Shown here in pieces: positions 40,896 through 50,210 of a stretch of 64,000 nucleotides of DNA. Each line of letters begins with the position of its first letter. Position 1 is the first letter of the stretch. The notes below the pieces were generated by a model. The model ran no database searches, was not told the origin of the DNA, and saw only the letters and a program-made list of their open reading frames with translations. A program made the position numbers and the translations under genes. This DNA is from an uncultured Ruficoccus sp. (GTDB lineage Bacteria; Verrucomicrobiota; Verrucomicrobiia; Opitutales; Cerasicoccaceae): NCBI GenBank assembly GCA_965140785.1, contig OZ223510.1:32001-96000 (forward strand). The letters run 5' to 3'.

Positions 40896-42953
40896 ATGAA
40901 TCTTCATCTTCTCGACTGGGGTATTGTCGCAGGTTTTCTGGCCTTTTTATTTGCCATGGCCATCGTGGCTCAGCGGTACACCCGCAGCGTCTCGGACTTT
41001 CTGGCTGCGAATCGCTCGGCCGGGCGTTACCTGCTGACGCTGGCTGACGGCATGGCGGGAATGGGTGCGATCGCCGTCATCGCCAACTTTGAGAAATTCT
41101 ACCAGGCGGGCTTTGCCGCTAGCTGGTGGGGGTTGATGATGGGGCCGCTCGGACTGATCGCCGCGCTCTCGGGCTGGGTCGTGTACCGCTACCGCGAGAC
41201 GCGGGCCATGACGATGGCGCAGTTCTTCGAGATGCGCTACAGCCGCCGCTTCCGCATCTACGCCGGGGTGCTGGCCTGGATCAGCGGCGTCCTCAACTAC
41301 GGGGTGTTTCCGGGCATTACCGCCCTGTTTCTGATCCACTTCTGCGGCCTGCCCGAAACGATCCAGATCGGCGGGGCCACCCTGGGAACGTTCCCGCTGG
41401 TCATGGCGGTGATGCTCTCGATCGCGGTCTGCTTCACGCTCTTTGGTGGGATGATCGCGGTCATGATCACGGACTTTTTCCAGGGGCAGTTCGTCAACAT
41501 CGTCTTTCTGTCGATCATGGGCCTGCTGCTGTGGAAGTTCAACTGGGGCGACATTGTCGCGACGCTGGAGCAGGCTCCGAAGGGGCAGAGCATGCTCAAC
41601 CCCTTTGACCAGGGCGAGATCAAGGACTTCAACTTCTGGTTCTTCGCCATCTTCGGCTTCAAGATTTTTTATAACCGGCTGGGCTGGCAGGGGTCGCAGG
41701 GCTACTACTGCGCGGCCAAGTCCCCCCACGAGCAGAAGATGGCCGGGGTGCTGGCCGAGTGGCGCAACAGCGTGACCTACCTGATGTTTCTGCTTATGCC
41801 GATCTGCGCCTTCGTGGTGATGCACCACGGCGGGTTCGCCGCTCAGGCGGCCGAGAGTCAGGCGGCGCTCGGGACGATCGCAGATGTCCAGACCCAGAAG
41901 CAGATGCTCACACCGGTGGTGATGAGCACGCTGTTCCCGGTGGGACTGCTCGGGCTCTTCGCGGCGGCCATGATCGCGGCGGCGATTTCCACCGACGACA
42001 CGCAACTGCACTCCTGGGGTAGCATCTTTATTCAGGACGTGGTGCTGCCGTTTCGCAACCGGCCTTTTACGCCGAAGCAGCATCTGTGGCTCCTGCGGAT
42101 GTCGGTCATCGGGGTGGCGCTGTTCGCCTTTTTCTGGAGTTGGTTTTTCCCGCTGCGCGATTACCTGTTTATGTATTTCCTGTTGACCGGCACGATCTAT
42201 CTGGGCGGGTCAGGGGCGGTTATCATCGGCGGGTTGTACTGGCGGCGGGCCACCAGTGCCGGTGCCTGGACGGCGATGACGGTGGGTCTGCTGATTGCCG
42301 TGGCCGGCATCACTCTGCAGGCGATCTGGCCGAGTGTGCCGGCCCTGGTCGAGCTCGCTCCCAAGTTCCCCATCAACGGCGCCTGGCTCGCCATGATCGC
42401 GTACATCTGCTCGCTGACATGCTTTGTCGTGGTTTCCCTGTTGACGTGCAAGCAGCCTTTCAATCTGGAAAAAATGCTCCATCGCGGCAAGTACGCCCTG
42501 GCCGACTCCCGGCAGAAAGGGGACGGGCGCGGGCGCTCGGGGCCGCTGGCAAAACTCTTTGGCTTTACCGAGGAGTTCACCCGCGGGGACCGGACGATTT
42601 ATCGCCTAAAGGTGGGCTGGACCGGTTTCTGGTTCGTGTGCTTCATCATCGGCACGATCTGGGGCCTGACCATCGGCATCCCGGATAACCTGTGGGGGCA
42701 CTGGTGGCTGTTCACCACCCTGCTCGGCGGGGTGGTCGGCCTGATCACCGTGGTGTGGTTCCTGATCGGGGGCACACGCGATTTGATCGACCTGTTCCGC
42801 ACGCTGAGCAAGGCCCGCCGCGACAGCGCCGACGACGGCTCGGTGCATGAGTTTGACGAACACCGTGACGACCATGATGTGCCGCCGGACTCACCCGCCA
42901 ACACCTCGGCGGGGGCAGTTCCTGCACCGACCGATCTTCCCGCCGGGCGTTGA
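40896..42953 (+). CDS. Sodium:solute symporter (SSS) family transporter
   Basis: SVSDFLAANRSAG, RYRETRAMTMAQFFEMRYS, AAAISTDD, GGLYWRRAT; many transmembrane segments. Confidence 0.93.
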   Translation: MNLHLLDWGIVAGFLAFLFAMAIVAQRYTRSVSDFLAANRSAGRYLLTLADGMAGMGAIAVIANFEKFYQAGFAASWWGLMMGPLGLIAALSGWVVYRYRETRAMTMAQFFEMRYSRRFRIYAGVLAWISGVLNYGVFPGITALFLIHFCGLPETIQIGGATLGTFPLVMAVMLSIAVCFTLFGGMIAVMITDFFQGQFVNIVFLSIMGLLLWKFNWGDIVATLEQAPKGQSMLNPFDQGEIKDFNFWFFAIFGFKIFYNRLGWQGSQGYYCAAKSPHEQKMAGVLAEWRNSVTYLMFLLMPICAFVVMHHGGFAAQAAESQAALGTIADVQTQKQMLTPVVMSTLFPVGLLGLFAAAMIAAAISTDDTQLHSWGSIFIQDVVLPFRNRPFTPKQHLWLLRMSVIGVALFAFFWSWFFPLRDYLFMYFLLTGTIYLGGSGAVIIGGLYWRRATSAGAWTAMTVGLLIAVAGITLQAIWPSVPALVELAPKFPINGAWLAMIAYICSLTCFVVVSLLTCKQPFNLEKMLHRGKYALADSRQKGDGRGRSGPLAKLFGFTEEFTRGDRTIYRLKVGWTGFWFVCFIIGTIWGLTIGIPDNLWGHWWLFTTLLGGVVGLITVVWFLIGGTRDLIDLFRTLSKARRDSADDGSVHEFDEHRDDHDVPPDSPANTSAGAVPAPTDLPAGR

Positions 42954-42996
42954 AGTCCATCCGTCATTGAAACTGAATACCCAACCAGACATTGTT

Positions 42997-43647
42997 ATGA
43001 AAACAGCATCCTTACTTGTTTCCTCAGTCTTCCTGCTGGCAGCCAGCCTTACGGCTGCCCCTGAGCTGAAGCCCTACGCCGAGGCGGTCGTCTCGAAGTC
43101 CCAGCCGACAACGTCGCAGTCGGCTTCAGTCCTGCGGGTGTCGGCCCGGGGTGCCCACGCGCACAAGACCTATCTGGTCTTCGATGTGAATGGGCTTAAG
43201 CCGCAAGAGCTGGCGTCCGCCTCAGGCGCGGCCCTCTCGCTGACGAGCCTCGACGGCTACTACCTGATCGGCGATGCGAACGGGCCGGTCTCCCTGTCGC
43301 TCTACCTCGTCCAGAACAATGCGAAAAACCCGGCCCTGTTGAACCTGAACTGGAACAACGCGCCGGCCAACGATACGTCCAGTGCGAGCGGTGTGGTGCC
43401 GGGCGAGGCGCAGCTGCTGGCAACGGTTGCGGTGGACAGCGCCAGTCTGAAAGGTGATCAGCCGGTCCAGTGGGAAGACCCGCGTCTGCTGGCGGCCCTG
43501 CGCGAGGCAAGCGCGCAGTCCGGCGCCAAGTACCTGACCCTGATGGTGGTGTCGGAGGGCGCGGTTAGCGATCCGGGCTTCAATTTCTATTCTTCCCAAA
43601 ACACTTCCCGTACCTCGCGTAAGCCGCGTCTGCTCATCCGCGAGTAG
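42997..43647 (+). CDS. Exported DNRLRE/CBM96-like domain protein
   Basis: Signal peptide; KTYLVFDV, LNWNNAPAND, FYSSQN..PRL pattern shared with the 58863 and 59647 proteins. Confidence 0.65.
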   Translation: MKTASLLVSSVFLLAASLTAAPELKPYAEAVVSKSQPTTSQSASVLRVSARGAHAHKTYLVFDVNGLKPQELASASGAALSLTSLDGYYLIGDANGPVSLSLYLVQNNAKNPALLNLNWNNAPANDTSSASGVVPGEAQLLATVAVDSASLKGDQPVQWEDPRLLAALREASAQSGAKYLTLMVVSEGAVSDPGFNFYSSQNTSRTSRKPRLLIRE

Positions 43648-43696
43648 TCCCAGCAGGCTGTGCGTTTCCTTCACATTTTAATTTCGCATTTCTCTC

Positions 43697-45817
43697 ATGA
43701 TTCGATTGACCCTGAGCCTCTTGACGACCTTCACCCTGAGCCTGGCCGTGACGGGCTGCGGTAGCCCCTCTCGGGCCTCCACGCCGTTAGCGGCGGATAC
43801 GGATGTGGGCTTAGCGGCACCGGTGATTAACACCCGGCAGCCGGTACTGCTCGCTCCGGCGGACGGGGCGCTGGAGTACCGGCCCACGCCCAGCTTTACC
43901 TGGGAGCGGGTGGACGGAGCAGACCGTTACGAGGTGCAGATTGCGACGGATGCGGAGTTCTCCAAACTTATAGATACCGATACGGTAAGTGTGGCGCACT
44001 ATGTGTCCGCGGAGCCGCTGCCCGCGGGTACCCTGCACTGGCGGGTGCGGGCGGTCATGCCCGACAGCCCGACAGGAAGCTTCTCCCCCGCCTTCACCCT
44101 TTCGATAACTCAACCTCAGGCGGTCTATACTATTCCGGACGGAGCCAACATCGAGACGGTGGAGCGTGTCATTGCCGAGGCGGCGATGAATACGCCGGCG
44201 GTGGTGCGATTCGCTCCGGGGGGCTCTTATCGGCTGGCTCCGACGCAGAAGGACCTGATCAAGCTCGACAGCGTTTCGAATCTAATCATCGAGGGGCAGG
44301 ACGCCACGATCACCCTTACTGATGCGACCGCGGGCTTGGCGCGGCTGAATGGGTGTACGTCGATTTTGATCCGCGATCTCACCGTTCGTTTCGATCCGCT
44401 CCCTTATACGGTCGGGGTGGTGCGTAGTGCTGACACCACTACAGGTGAGTTTACCGTGGTCATGGATACGCCGCAGATGGTGCCTTTTGACCAGGAGCCG
44501 ATCGTGAACCACTGGACCTGGGGCGTCCTGCTGGACCCCGATGTGCCGGGGAAGCTGCTCGACGGCTCGCCGCTGGTTATCTCGACCGTTAAGGGCGAAG
44601 TGGAGCGCAGCACTTCAGCCGAGGGGGAAACGCTCTACACGCTCCGCCTCAAGGCCCCGGCGCAGGCTGAGCACTTCGTGCCCGGCTCGAAGTATATCCA
44701 GTTCGCTCGAAACGGCGGGCGCTCGCTGGTGGCTTCGACCGGGAGCACCGATGTGACCTGCCTGAACATTACCAACTACGGCATCTCCGGCGGTCACTAC
44801 CTGTGCACGGAGGGTTCGGACTTCAAGGTGCTCGGATGCACCTCGCTGATACCGGACGGGCAGTGGTTTGGGGGTAATGCCGACGGCATTCACGTGCGCT
44901 CGAACAAGCTCGGCCCCTGGGTCGAGGACTGTCTCTTTGAAGGTGTGGGGGATGACGCGGTCGCGCTTTACAGTAAGGCGATTTTTATCCTCAATCAGGA
45001 TTCGCCCACGCAGTTGCGGATCGGTAAGAAGTTTTTCAACCTCGCCCCCGGTGACCGGCTGGCGCTGTTTAATCCCCGCGAGGGAGTGATCCTGGCGGAC
45101 GATCAGGAGGTGGCTGCCGTTGAGGCTATCCCGGCCGGGACCGACGGTTATGACGATGAGCACTACCGCGTCACCCTGACCGAACCGCTGGAGATCACGC
45201 TCAATACCTCCAGCGACGATCCGCTCGAAAACGACCAGGCGTTCAGCCGCTCGCGGGTCAATGGCGACTTTGCGATCCGCAACAACACCTTTAGCTGTAT
45301 CCGGCGCTTTGGCACAGTGGTGCGTGCCGATGGTGGCATGATTGAGGGCAATGTGTATGACTGTATCTCTGACATTCCGGTCGTCTTTCGCAACGAGCCC
45401 GATCTTTGGTACAACGGGCTGAACGGCTCACGCATTCGCATCGCCGGAAACACGATGCTCGACAGCGGATTCAGCCAGAGCAGCGTGGGCCACGGGCAAA
45501 TCGAGCTGATTATGTACAAAATGGGCCGCGTCCCGGCTAACGGACGGGGACACCGCGACATTCGTATCGAGGACAACAAGATATCCAACTGGCAGGATAT
45601 CGCGATCCGCGTGGCCAACGCCGATGGAGTCGCCATCGTGGATAACACTCTCGGCGCGAGGGTGAAGAGCGTCACCCATCCCGGTCCACACTACGGCATT
45701 CTGGTCGATAACAGCGCTAACGTGGAGATTCAGGGGAATGTCTTTACCGATCCAAGCGATCTCGACGCCGAAATCGAAGTCACGGATGACACCTCAGCGG
45801 TGACTATTGAGGAGTAA
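43697..45817 (+). CDS. Lipoprotein with Ig-like N-terminal domain and right-handed beta-helix (GH110-like)
   Basis: Lipobox AVTGC; PSFTW..YEVQIATDAEF..LHWRVRA; NADGIH..FEGVGDDAVA. Confidence 0.75.
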   Translation: MIRLTLSLLTTFTLSLAVTGCGSPSRASTPLAADTDVGLAAPVINTRQPVLLAPADGALEYRPTPSFTWERVDGADRYEVQIATDAEFSKLIDTDTVSVAHYVSAEPLPAGTLHWRVRAVMPDSPTGSFSPAFTLSITQPQAVYTIPDGANIETVERVIAEAAMNTPAVVRFAPGGSYRLAPTQKDLIKLDSVSNLIIEGQDATITLTDATAGLARLNGCTSILIRDLTVRFDPLPYTVGVVRSADTTTGEFTVVMDTPQMVPFDQEPIVNHWTWGVLLDPDVPGKLLDGSPLVISTVKGEVERSTSAEGETLYTLRLKAPAQAEHFVPGSKYIQFARNGGRSLVASTGSTDVTCLNITNYGISGGHYLCTEGSDFKVLGCTSLIPDGQWFGGNADGIHVRSNKLGPWVEDCLFEGVGDDAVALYSKAIFILNQDSPTQLRIGKKFFNLAPGDRLALFNPREGVILADDQEVAAVEAIPAGTDGYDDEHYRVTLTEPLEITLNTSSDDPLENDQAFSRSRVNGDFAIRNNTFSCIRRFGTVVRADGGMIEGNVYDCISDIPVVFRNEPDLWYNGLNGSRIRIAGNTMLDSGFSQSSVGHGQIELIMYKMGRVPANGRGHRDIRIEDNKISNWQDIAIRVANADGVAIVDNTLGARVKSVTHPGPHYGILVDNSANVEIQGNVFTDPSDLDAEIEVTDDTSAVTIEE

Positions 45818-46060
45818 AGCTGGACCGGGTGCCGGTTAAATCGGATAGAGCAATCTTGCTTCCGAGGTCGCTCGTAAGCTGTTTCTTATAAACGGCGATC
45901 AACTCCGAATTAGACCTTACACTCTCGCCTGCGGGGAGAGTAGGCAGTTCACTCACAGATACAGACGAGCAGAGTGAAACCCCGGGCGACATCCTGTCTC
46001 ATGCTTCCATCGTTGAACGTCGCGGTCACACGCTTTTGGCAAGGCCGACGAGACCGGCGA

Positions 46061-46816
46061 TTACTCGAACAGCGGCGAGTCCACAAACTGGACTTTCCAA
46101 CCTGCACTGCCGGCAGAAGATGGATAGATCAGGGCCAGCATCGGTGCGCCTGACCCCCGGGTGATAAAGGAATTATAGATCAGCTTCCAGCCGTCGTTTT
46201 CGTTGACCGCTACGCTTAACTGAAAACGGTGGTTCTTGAGTTCACCCATCGGGATTGTGGCCGAACGGGTGGGCTGAACCTCGGTGGTTCCCTTACCCGT
46301 GCGGGCCGCCAGCTTGCGGCCGCTCATGTTCATGATCAGCAGTTGGCCGCGGCCGAGGTTTTGGGCGGAGACATCCAGCGGAACGAGTTTATAGCCGCTC
46401 TGCGGGGAGCCCAAGAGCATGAGCAGGACCTTCCCGGGAATACGCATGCTCGCCGGCAGGCTGGCCACCGGCGTATAGCGGATTTCGCCTTCGACGGTTT
46501 CCCTCTTGTACAGGCTGAAGGGTGCACGACCCTGGTACTGATAGGTGGGGCTGGTTTCGTTACGCTGAATGTTTAGCCGTGCGGCCTCACCGTCGATCTG
46601 CGCATAGAGTTCGGGCGGTGACTCGACCTGATAGCGTTTGCCGGCGATTAGTTCCTGCTTGGTCAAGGCCTGAGTGCCGCTTCCGCTCAGATAGTAGATC
46701 TGATAGGTGAAGCTCAGAGGCGGCGCGTCGGTGGACTGGGCCTGGCCTGAACGCGGAAAGCAAAGCAGGGTTACAAAGATGAAGAAGGAAAGGGGGGCTC
46801 GTGTGTTTTTAAACAT
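46061..46816 (-). CDS. Exported hypothetical protein coupled to the PilX-like gene
   Basis: Signal peptide; start overlaps the stop of the 46809 gene by 8 bp. Confidence 0.7.
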   Translation of the reverse strand: MFKNTRAPLSFFIFVTLLCFPRSGQAQSTDAPPLSFTYQIYYLSGSGTQALTKQELIAGKRYQVESPPELYAQIDGEAARLNIQRNETSPTYQYQGRAPFSLYKRETVEGEIRYTPVASLPASMRIPGKVLLMLLGSPQSGYKLVPLDVSAQNLGRGQLLIMNMSGRKLAARTGKGTTEVQPTRSATIPMGELKNHRFQLSVAVNENDGWKLIYNSFITRGSGAPMLALIYPSSAGSAGWKVQFVDSPLFE

Positions 46817-49800
46817 CGTCTTGGTTGAGCCACCGGAATCCGACGATGCGGAAGCGGCGGCCCATTTCCTGGTTGGTGGAGTCGGTGGGAGGAAAGACCT
46901 CGGGGGCGTCGGCGGTATCGTTGACGTAGTCTGGGTAGCGCTGGATGATAGCTTCGCACCAGGCCCGCGCGGTAACCTGGTCGGTCAGGGCATCGCGAGT
47001 TTCACCATAGGCACGGATGACAAAGGTATCGGATCGAGGACTGAGCACAGGTCCCAGTCGGGCCAGTAGCGCCGTCTGCGAAAGGTAGCCGGGAGCGTTC
47101 GCCATGTAAGCACCCATGGCGGCCGGGATGTTCGGTGGCCGAGATTCGCGCTCGGCCTCGATGGAGCTGGTCTTGGCCTTGGTGAAGAACCACTCGTCCT
47201 CGAACTCGTCATTGAGCCCGGCGGTGTCGATGGCTGCTTGGAGAGCACCCATCATACGCGGGTCAGAGGCCAGTTCAGCCAGGACTCCATCTCTTTCGTT
47301 CTCGCCAAAATCGCTGCCGTTTTCGCTCAGGACGGCGTCGGCGGGATTGACGGATCGATTGACGAAGTCTGCCAGCGAGAGGAAGGGACCGCGCAAACGC
47401 ACCTGTTCGACAATGGCCCCGGCGAGGTCGTCGATTTCCGCCGGGCTGAGTTGGCGGTAGCCAAAGTAGAGGCCGCTGTCGCGGGAACCATCATCGTCGT
47501 AAGCGTTGCCACTGGCCAGCGGGGCCGGGAGGATCGGGCTGGCATTGCCGGAGGCGGCTTGGGTGCCGTCGTTGTTGATGACGGTCTGATCGCGGAAGGA
47601 AGACAGGAGGGCCTTCCAGGCTTCGACCGAGGTGGAGTTAATGTTAAAGGGGCCGTCGAGCAAGAGGTGCCGTGCGCTCTGGTCAAAAGTCTGAAGCGCC
47701 TCGGTTTCGTCTTCGCTGAAGGTCGTTTGCTTGGGATCAGCTGGGCGGTAGCGGGGGTTGTCGAGGGGCAGGGTGATCGCGCCAGAGGGCGGCAAGGTCG
47801 AGACATAGAAGCGGTCCCAGAGCTCCTCGTTGATGATCCAGGAGTAGTCGGGAACCACTTCGCCGCTGTCGGATTCGACCGAGATATCGTCGAACTGCAA
47901 CATCATCGGGGCTTGGGAGTTCCCTACGACGTAGGAGGGTCCATAGAGGTCCGTCTCGCTTGTGATGTTGGTGTTGACCGTGCTGTCGGCTCCGGCAAGG
48001 TCCACGTGCATGAGGTCTCCCACCGACCAGTAGGGGTGCTCGCCCCTGGGCAGGTGGAAGGGTGCATAACTTGCAACCGCATTGAGGGTGCCCGCATTGG
48101 TCGTGCTGCTGTCGCTCAGCCCGATGTAGGCCCGGGTTCCTTCGACATCGAGGGTCTGGATTTCGGTCAGGCCCTGGATGTCCACGCCACCTGCGCTGAA
48201 GTCCATCAACGGGTAGGCATCATAGGTACGGGCCTCGCCCGATCTTCCCCAGTCGCCATTGTTATAAAGATCGCCGAAGTACAGTTTACCAACGCGTACG
48301 GCCCGGAGGTTATAAGCGGTCAAACCGCGTGCATTTTCGCGCTCGGTGATGACGTTGTCACGCTTGAGTTCCGGCGAGAGCAGGGAGATGTCGAGTCCCA
48401 TGGGGCGGTGCGCACTGGTGTCGAGGGGAGTGGTGGGGGCAGAGGCATAAATTTTCGGAGCGAAAACACCGGGCTCGTTTTGATCCGAGCTTTTGTCCGA
48501 CTGCTCAGAGATGGTCTCCTTGTCCATGAAGCTTCCGAAGGTAACGGTGTTGAGAAGCTGGTAGTAGCGGCTGCTGTGGTAGGGCGTTAGGGCAAGAACC
48601 ACCCCCATCAGGTCGGAACTGCCAAGGCTGCTGACATCCCGCCGCAAATCCAGGCGGAGGGAGGCGCGCCCATTCGGCAAGTCATCGATTTTGACTGAAA
48701 ACGAGTCACTGGCGTCCTGATAAAAGCCGTAGCTGCTGTTTCCCAATGCCAGATCCAGGCCGTCATTACCGTAGAAGCTGCTGCCCAGGCTCTGATGGCT
48801 ATCCGGTGAGAAGACCAGCGCTTGACCCGGCGGGATGTCTACGGCCGGGATATTGAAATAGATATTGTCGGAGGTGGAGTTCGCCTTGAACAGGGGCGGG
48901 AAGCCGCCCAGGGCGGAACTGTTGCTGGATGCGATGGCCTTCCACGTGCCGTCAAAATAACCGGCAGCGTAGAGAATATGGAAGCCGTCGTCGCTGGTTT
49001 GGCGCCAACGCACCTGGTAGCTGTTCGTGGGAGCTTCGAGCGTGACGTCGTAGGGGTTCCAGAGGACAATCTGTGGCAGGTAGTATATGCGTGGGCGGAA
49101 GGTGGTCTCCTGCGTGGCCGGATCGGTGCCTTCCTCGATCAGGGCGACATACACGAAGAGCTGGAATTTCGCGATGAGGGGCCCGACGGCGAGACTTTCA
49201 TCATCGACGGCTGGGAAGGCGGTGATGCCGGCATCGGTCGTGTTTTGAACGCTCTGGGTAAAGCTGCGCAGAATGTCCCAGCGCGGACCGTGGCCGGGCA
49301 GGTAACGCTCCAGCATGCGCTGGCCCGGCATCTGGGAGACGAAGTCGTTGGCGAAGTCGGTTTGGGAGAGTTCCAGCAGGGTGGAGAGGTCCCACTTCAG
49401 GCCGCCGTGTTTGGTGTCGGTGAGCAGGCCGCGCGAGTAGGTGGTCAGGTCGGCGAAGCGCTCTTTGACCGCTGCTTCGCTAAAGCTGTTGTCGCCGTTG
49501 TCGTCTTGAAGAAAAATAAGCTGGCTAGCACTGAGCACGCTGTCGTAGCTGGCGGGCAGCGGTGCGTAGGTGCCAAAGTCGCTCATTGCCTCAATGCCGT
49601 AACGCAGCGGGATCGCGGTGGTTGAGGTGTCGTGATCCTCGACGAGGGTTTCGTAGTCCTGCGCCAGGCTTACAATGTTGGCTTTGACGCCTTCGTCGCC
49701 GATCCAGTAGCCGTAGGCGCCGGTGTCGTCGTTAAAGGTGACGAGCGGGACGCGTACCGTGTCGGCGTCGGTTGCCGAGCCTCTTCCGACCAGCTCCACG

Positions 49801-50210
49801 CTGTCGTTCCCGGCCCCTTCGGTGGGGTTGTAAACATTGTCATCGAGCTGATTGCCGCTGACGAGCCATTCTTGGAGTACAGGTTCATCACGGGGATTGT
49901 TGGGTGATGGGTCCTTCCAGACGCCTGTCCACAACGGTTCCGCTTCATTTGGACCGAGGATATCGGCGCGGGCTGACACGCGCTGGTCGGGGCCAAGCGC
50001 CCGTTGCAGATGCCCGAGCCCCACCTGGAGACCGAGGATGGCATTTTGGCGGGCCTGGGCTCCGGTCAGGGTGGCCTGAGTGCCGCTGACTTCTATGCGT
50101 ACCAGCCCCGAAAGCGAAAGCAGCAACAGCATGATGAAGCCCATCAGTGCCAGAGCTACGATGAGTGCGAAGCCGGAGGGGGGAGCGGGGGAGGTGGGGC
50201 GAGTTTTCAT
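46809..50210 (-). CDS. Large PilX/GspK-type pilin-like protein (Verru_Chthon cassette protein A-like)
   Basis: SGFALIVALALMGFIMLLLLSL (no Glu5), ARQNA..LGPDQRVSA, WIGDEGVK, FNINSTSVEAW, RGPFLSLADFVNR, RSDTFVIRAYG, GRRFRIVGFRWL. Confidence 0.85.
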   Translation of the reverse strand: MKTRPTSPAPPSGFALIVALALMGFIMLLLLSLSGLVRIEVSGTQATLTGAQARQNAILGLQVGLGHLQRALGPDQRVSARADILGPNEAEPLWTGVWKDPSPNNPRDEPVLQEWLVSGNQLDDNVYNPTEGAGNDSVELVGRGSATDADTVRVPLVTFNDDTGAYGYWIGDEGVKANIVSLAQDYETLVEDHDTSTTAIPLRYGIEAMSDFGTYAPLPASYDSVLSASQLIFLQDDNGDNSFSEAAVKERFADLTTYSRGLLTDTKHGGLKWDLSTLLELSQTDFANDFVSQMPGQRMLERYLPGHGPRWDILRSFTQSVQNTTDAGITAFPAVDDESLAVGPLIAKFQLFVYVALIEEGTDPATQETTFRPRIYYLPQIVLWNPYDVTLEAPTNSYQVRWRQTSDDGFHILYAAGYFDGTWKAIASSNSSALGGFPPLFKANSTSDNIYFNIPAVDIPPGQALVFSPDSHQSLGSSFYGNDGLDLALGNSSYGFYQDASDSFSVKIDDLPNGRASLRLDLRRDVSSLGSSDLMGVVLALTPYHSSRYYQLLNTVTFGSFMDKETISEQSDKSSDQNEPGVFAPKIYASAPTTPLDTSAHRPMGLDISLLSPELKRDNVITERENARGLTAYNLRAVRVGKLYFGDLYNNGDWGRSGEARTYDAYPLMDFSAGGVDIQGLTEIQTLDVEGTRAYIGLSDSSTTNAGTLNAVASYAPFHLPRGEHPYWSVGDLMHVDLAGADSTVNTNITSETDLYGPSYVVGNSQAPMMLQFDDISVESDSGEVVPDYSWIINEELWDRFYVSTLPPSGAITLPLDNPRYRPADPKQTTFSEDETEALQTFDQSARHLLLDGPFNINSTSVEAWKALLSSFRDQTVINNDGTQAASGNASPILPAPLASGNAYDDDGSRDSGLYFGYRQLSPAEIDDLAGAIVEQVRLRGPFLSLADFVNRSVNPADAVLSENGSDFGENERDGVLAELASDPRMMGALQAAIDTAGLNDEFEDEWFFTKAKTSSIEAERESRPPNIPAAMGAYMANAPGYLSQTALLARLGPVLSPRSDTFVIRAYGETRDALTDQVTARAWCEAIIQRYPDYVNDTADAPEVFPPTDSTNQEMGRRFRIVGFRWLNQDDV

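Noticed and set aside
45818..46060. Possible sRNA or small ORF between convergent operons (hairpin actctc..gagagt)
   Set aside because: No recognisable RNA family or protein motif; cannot be supported from sequence alone.
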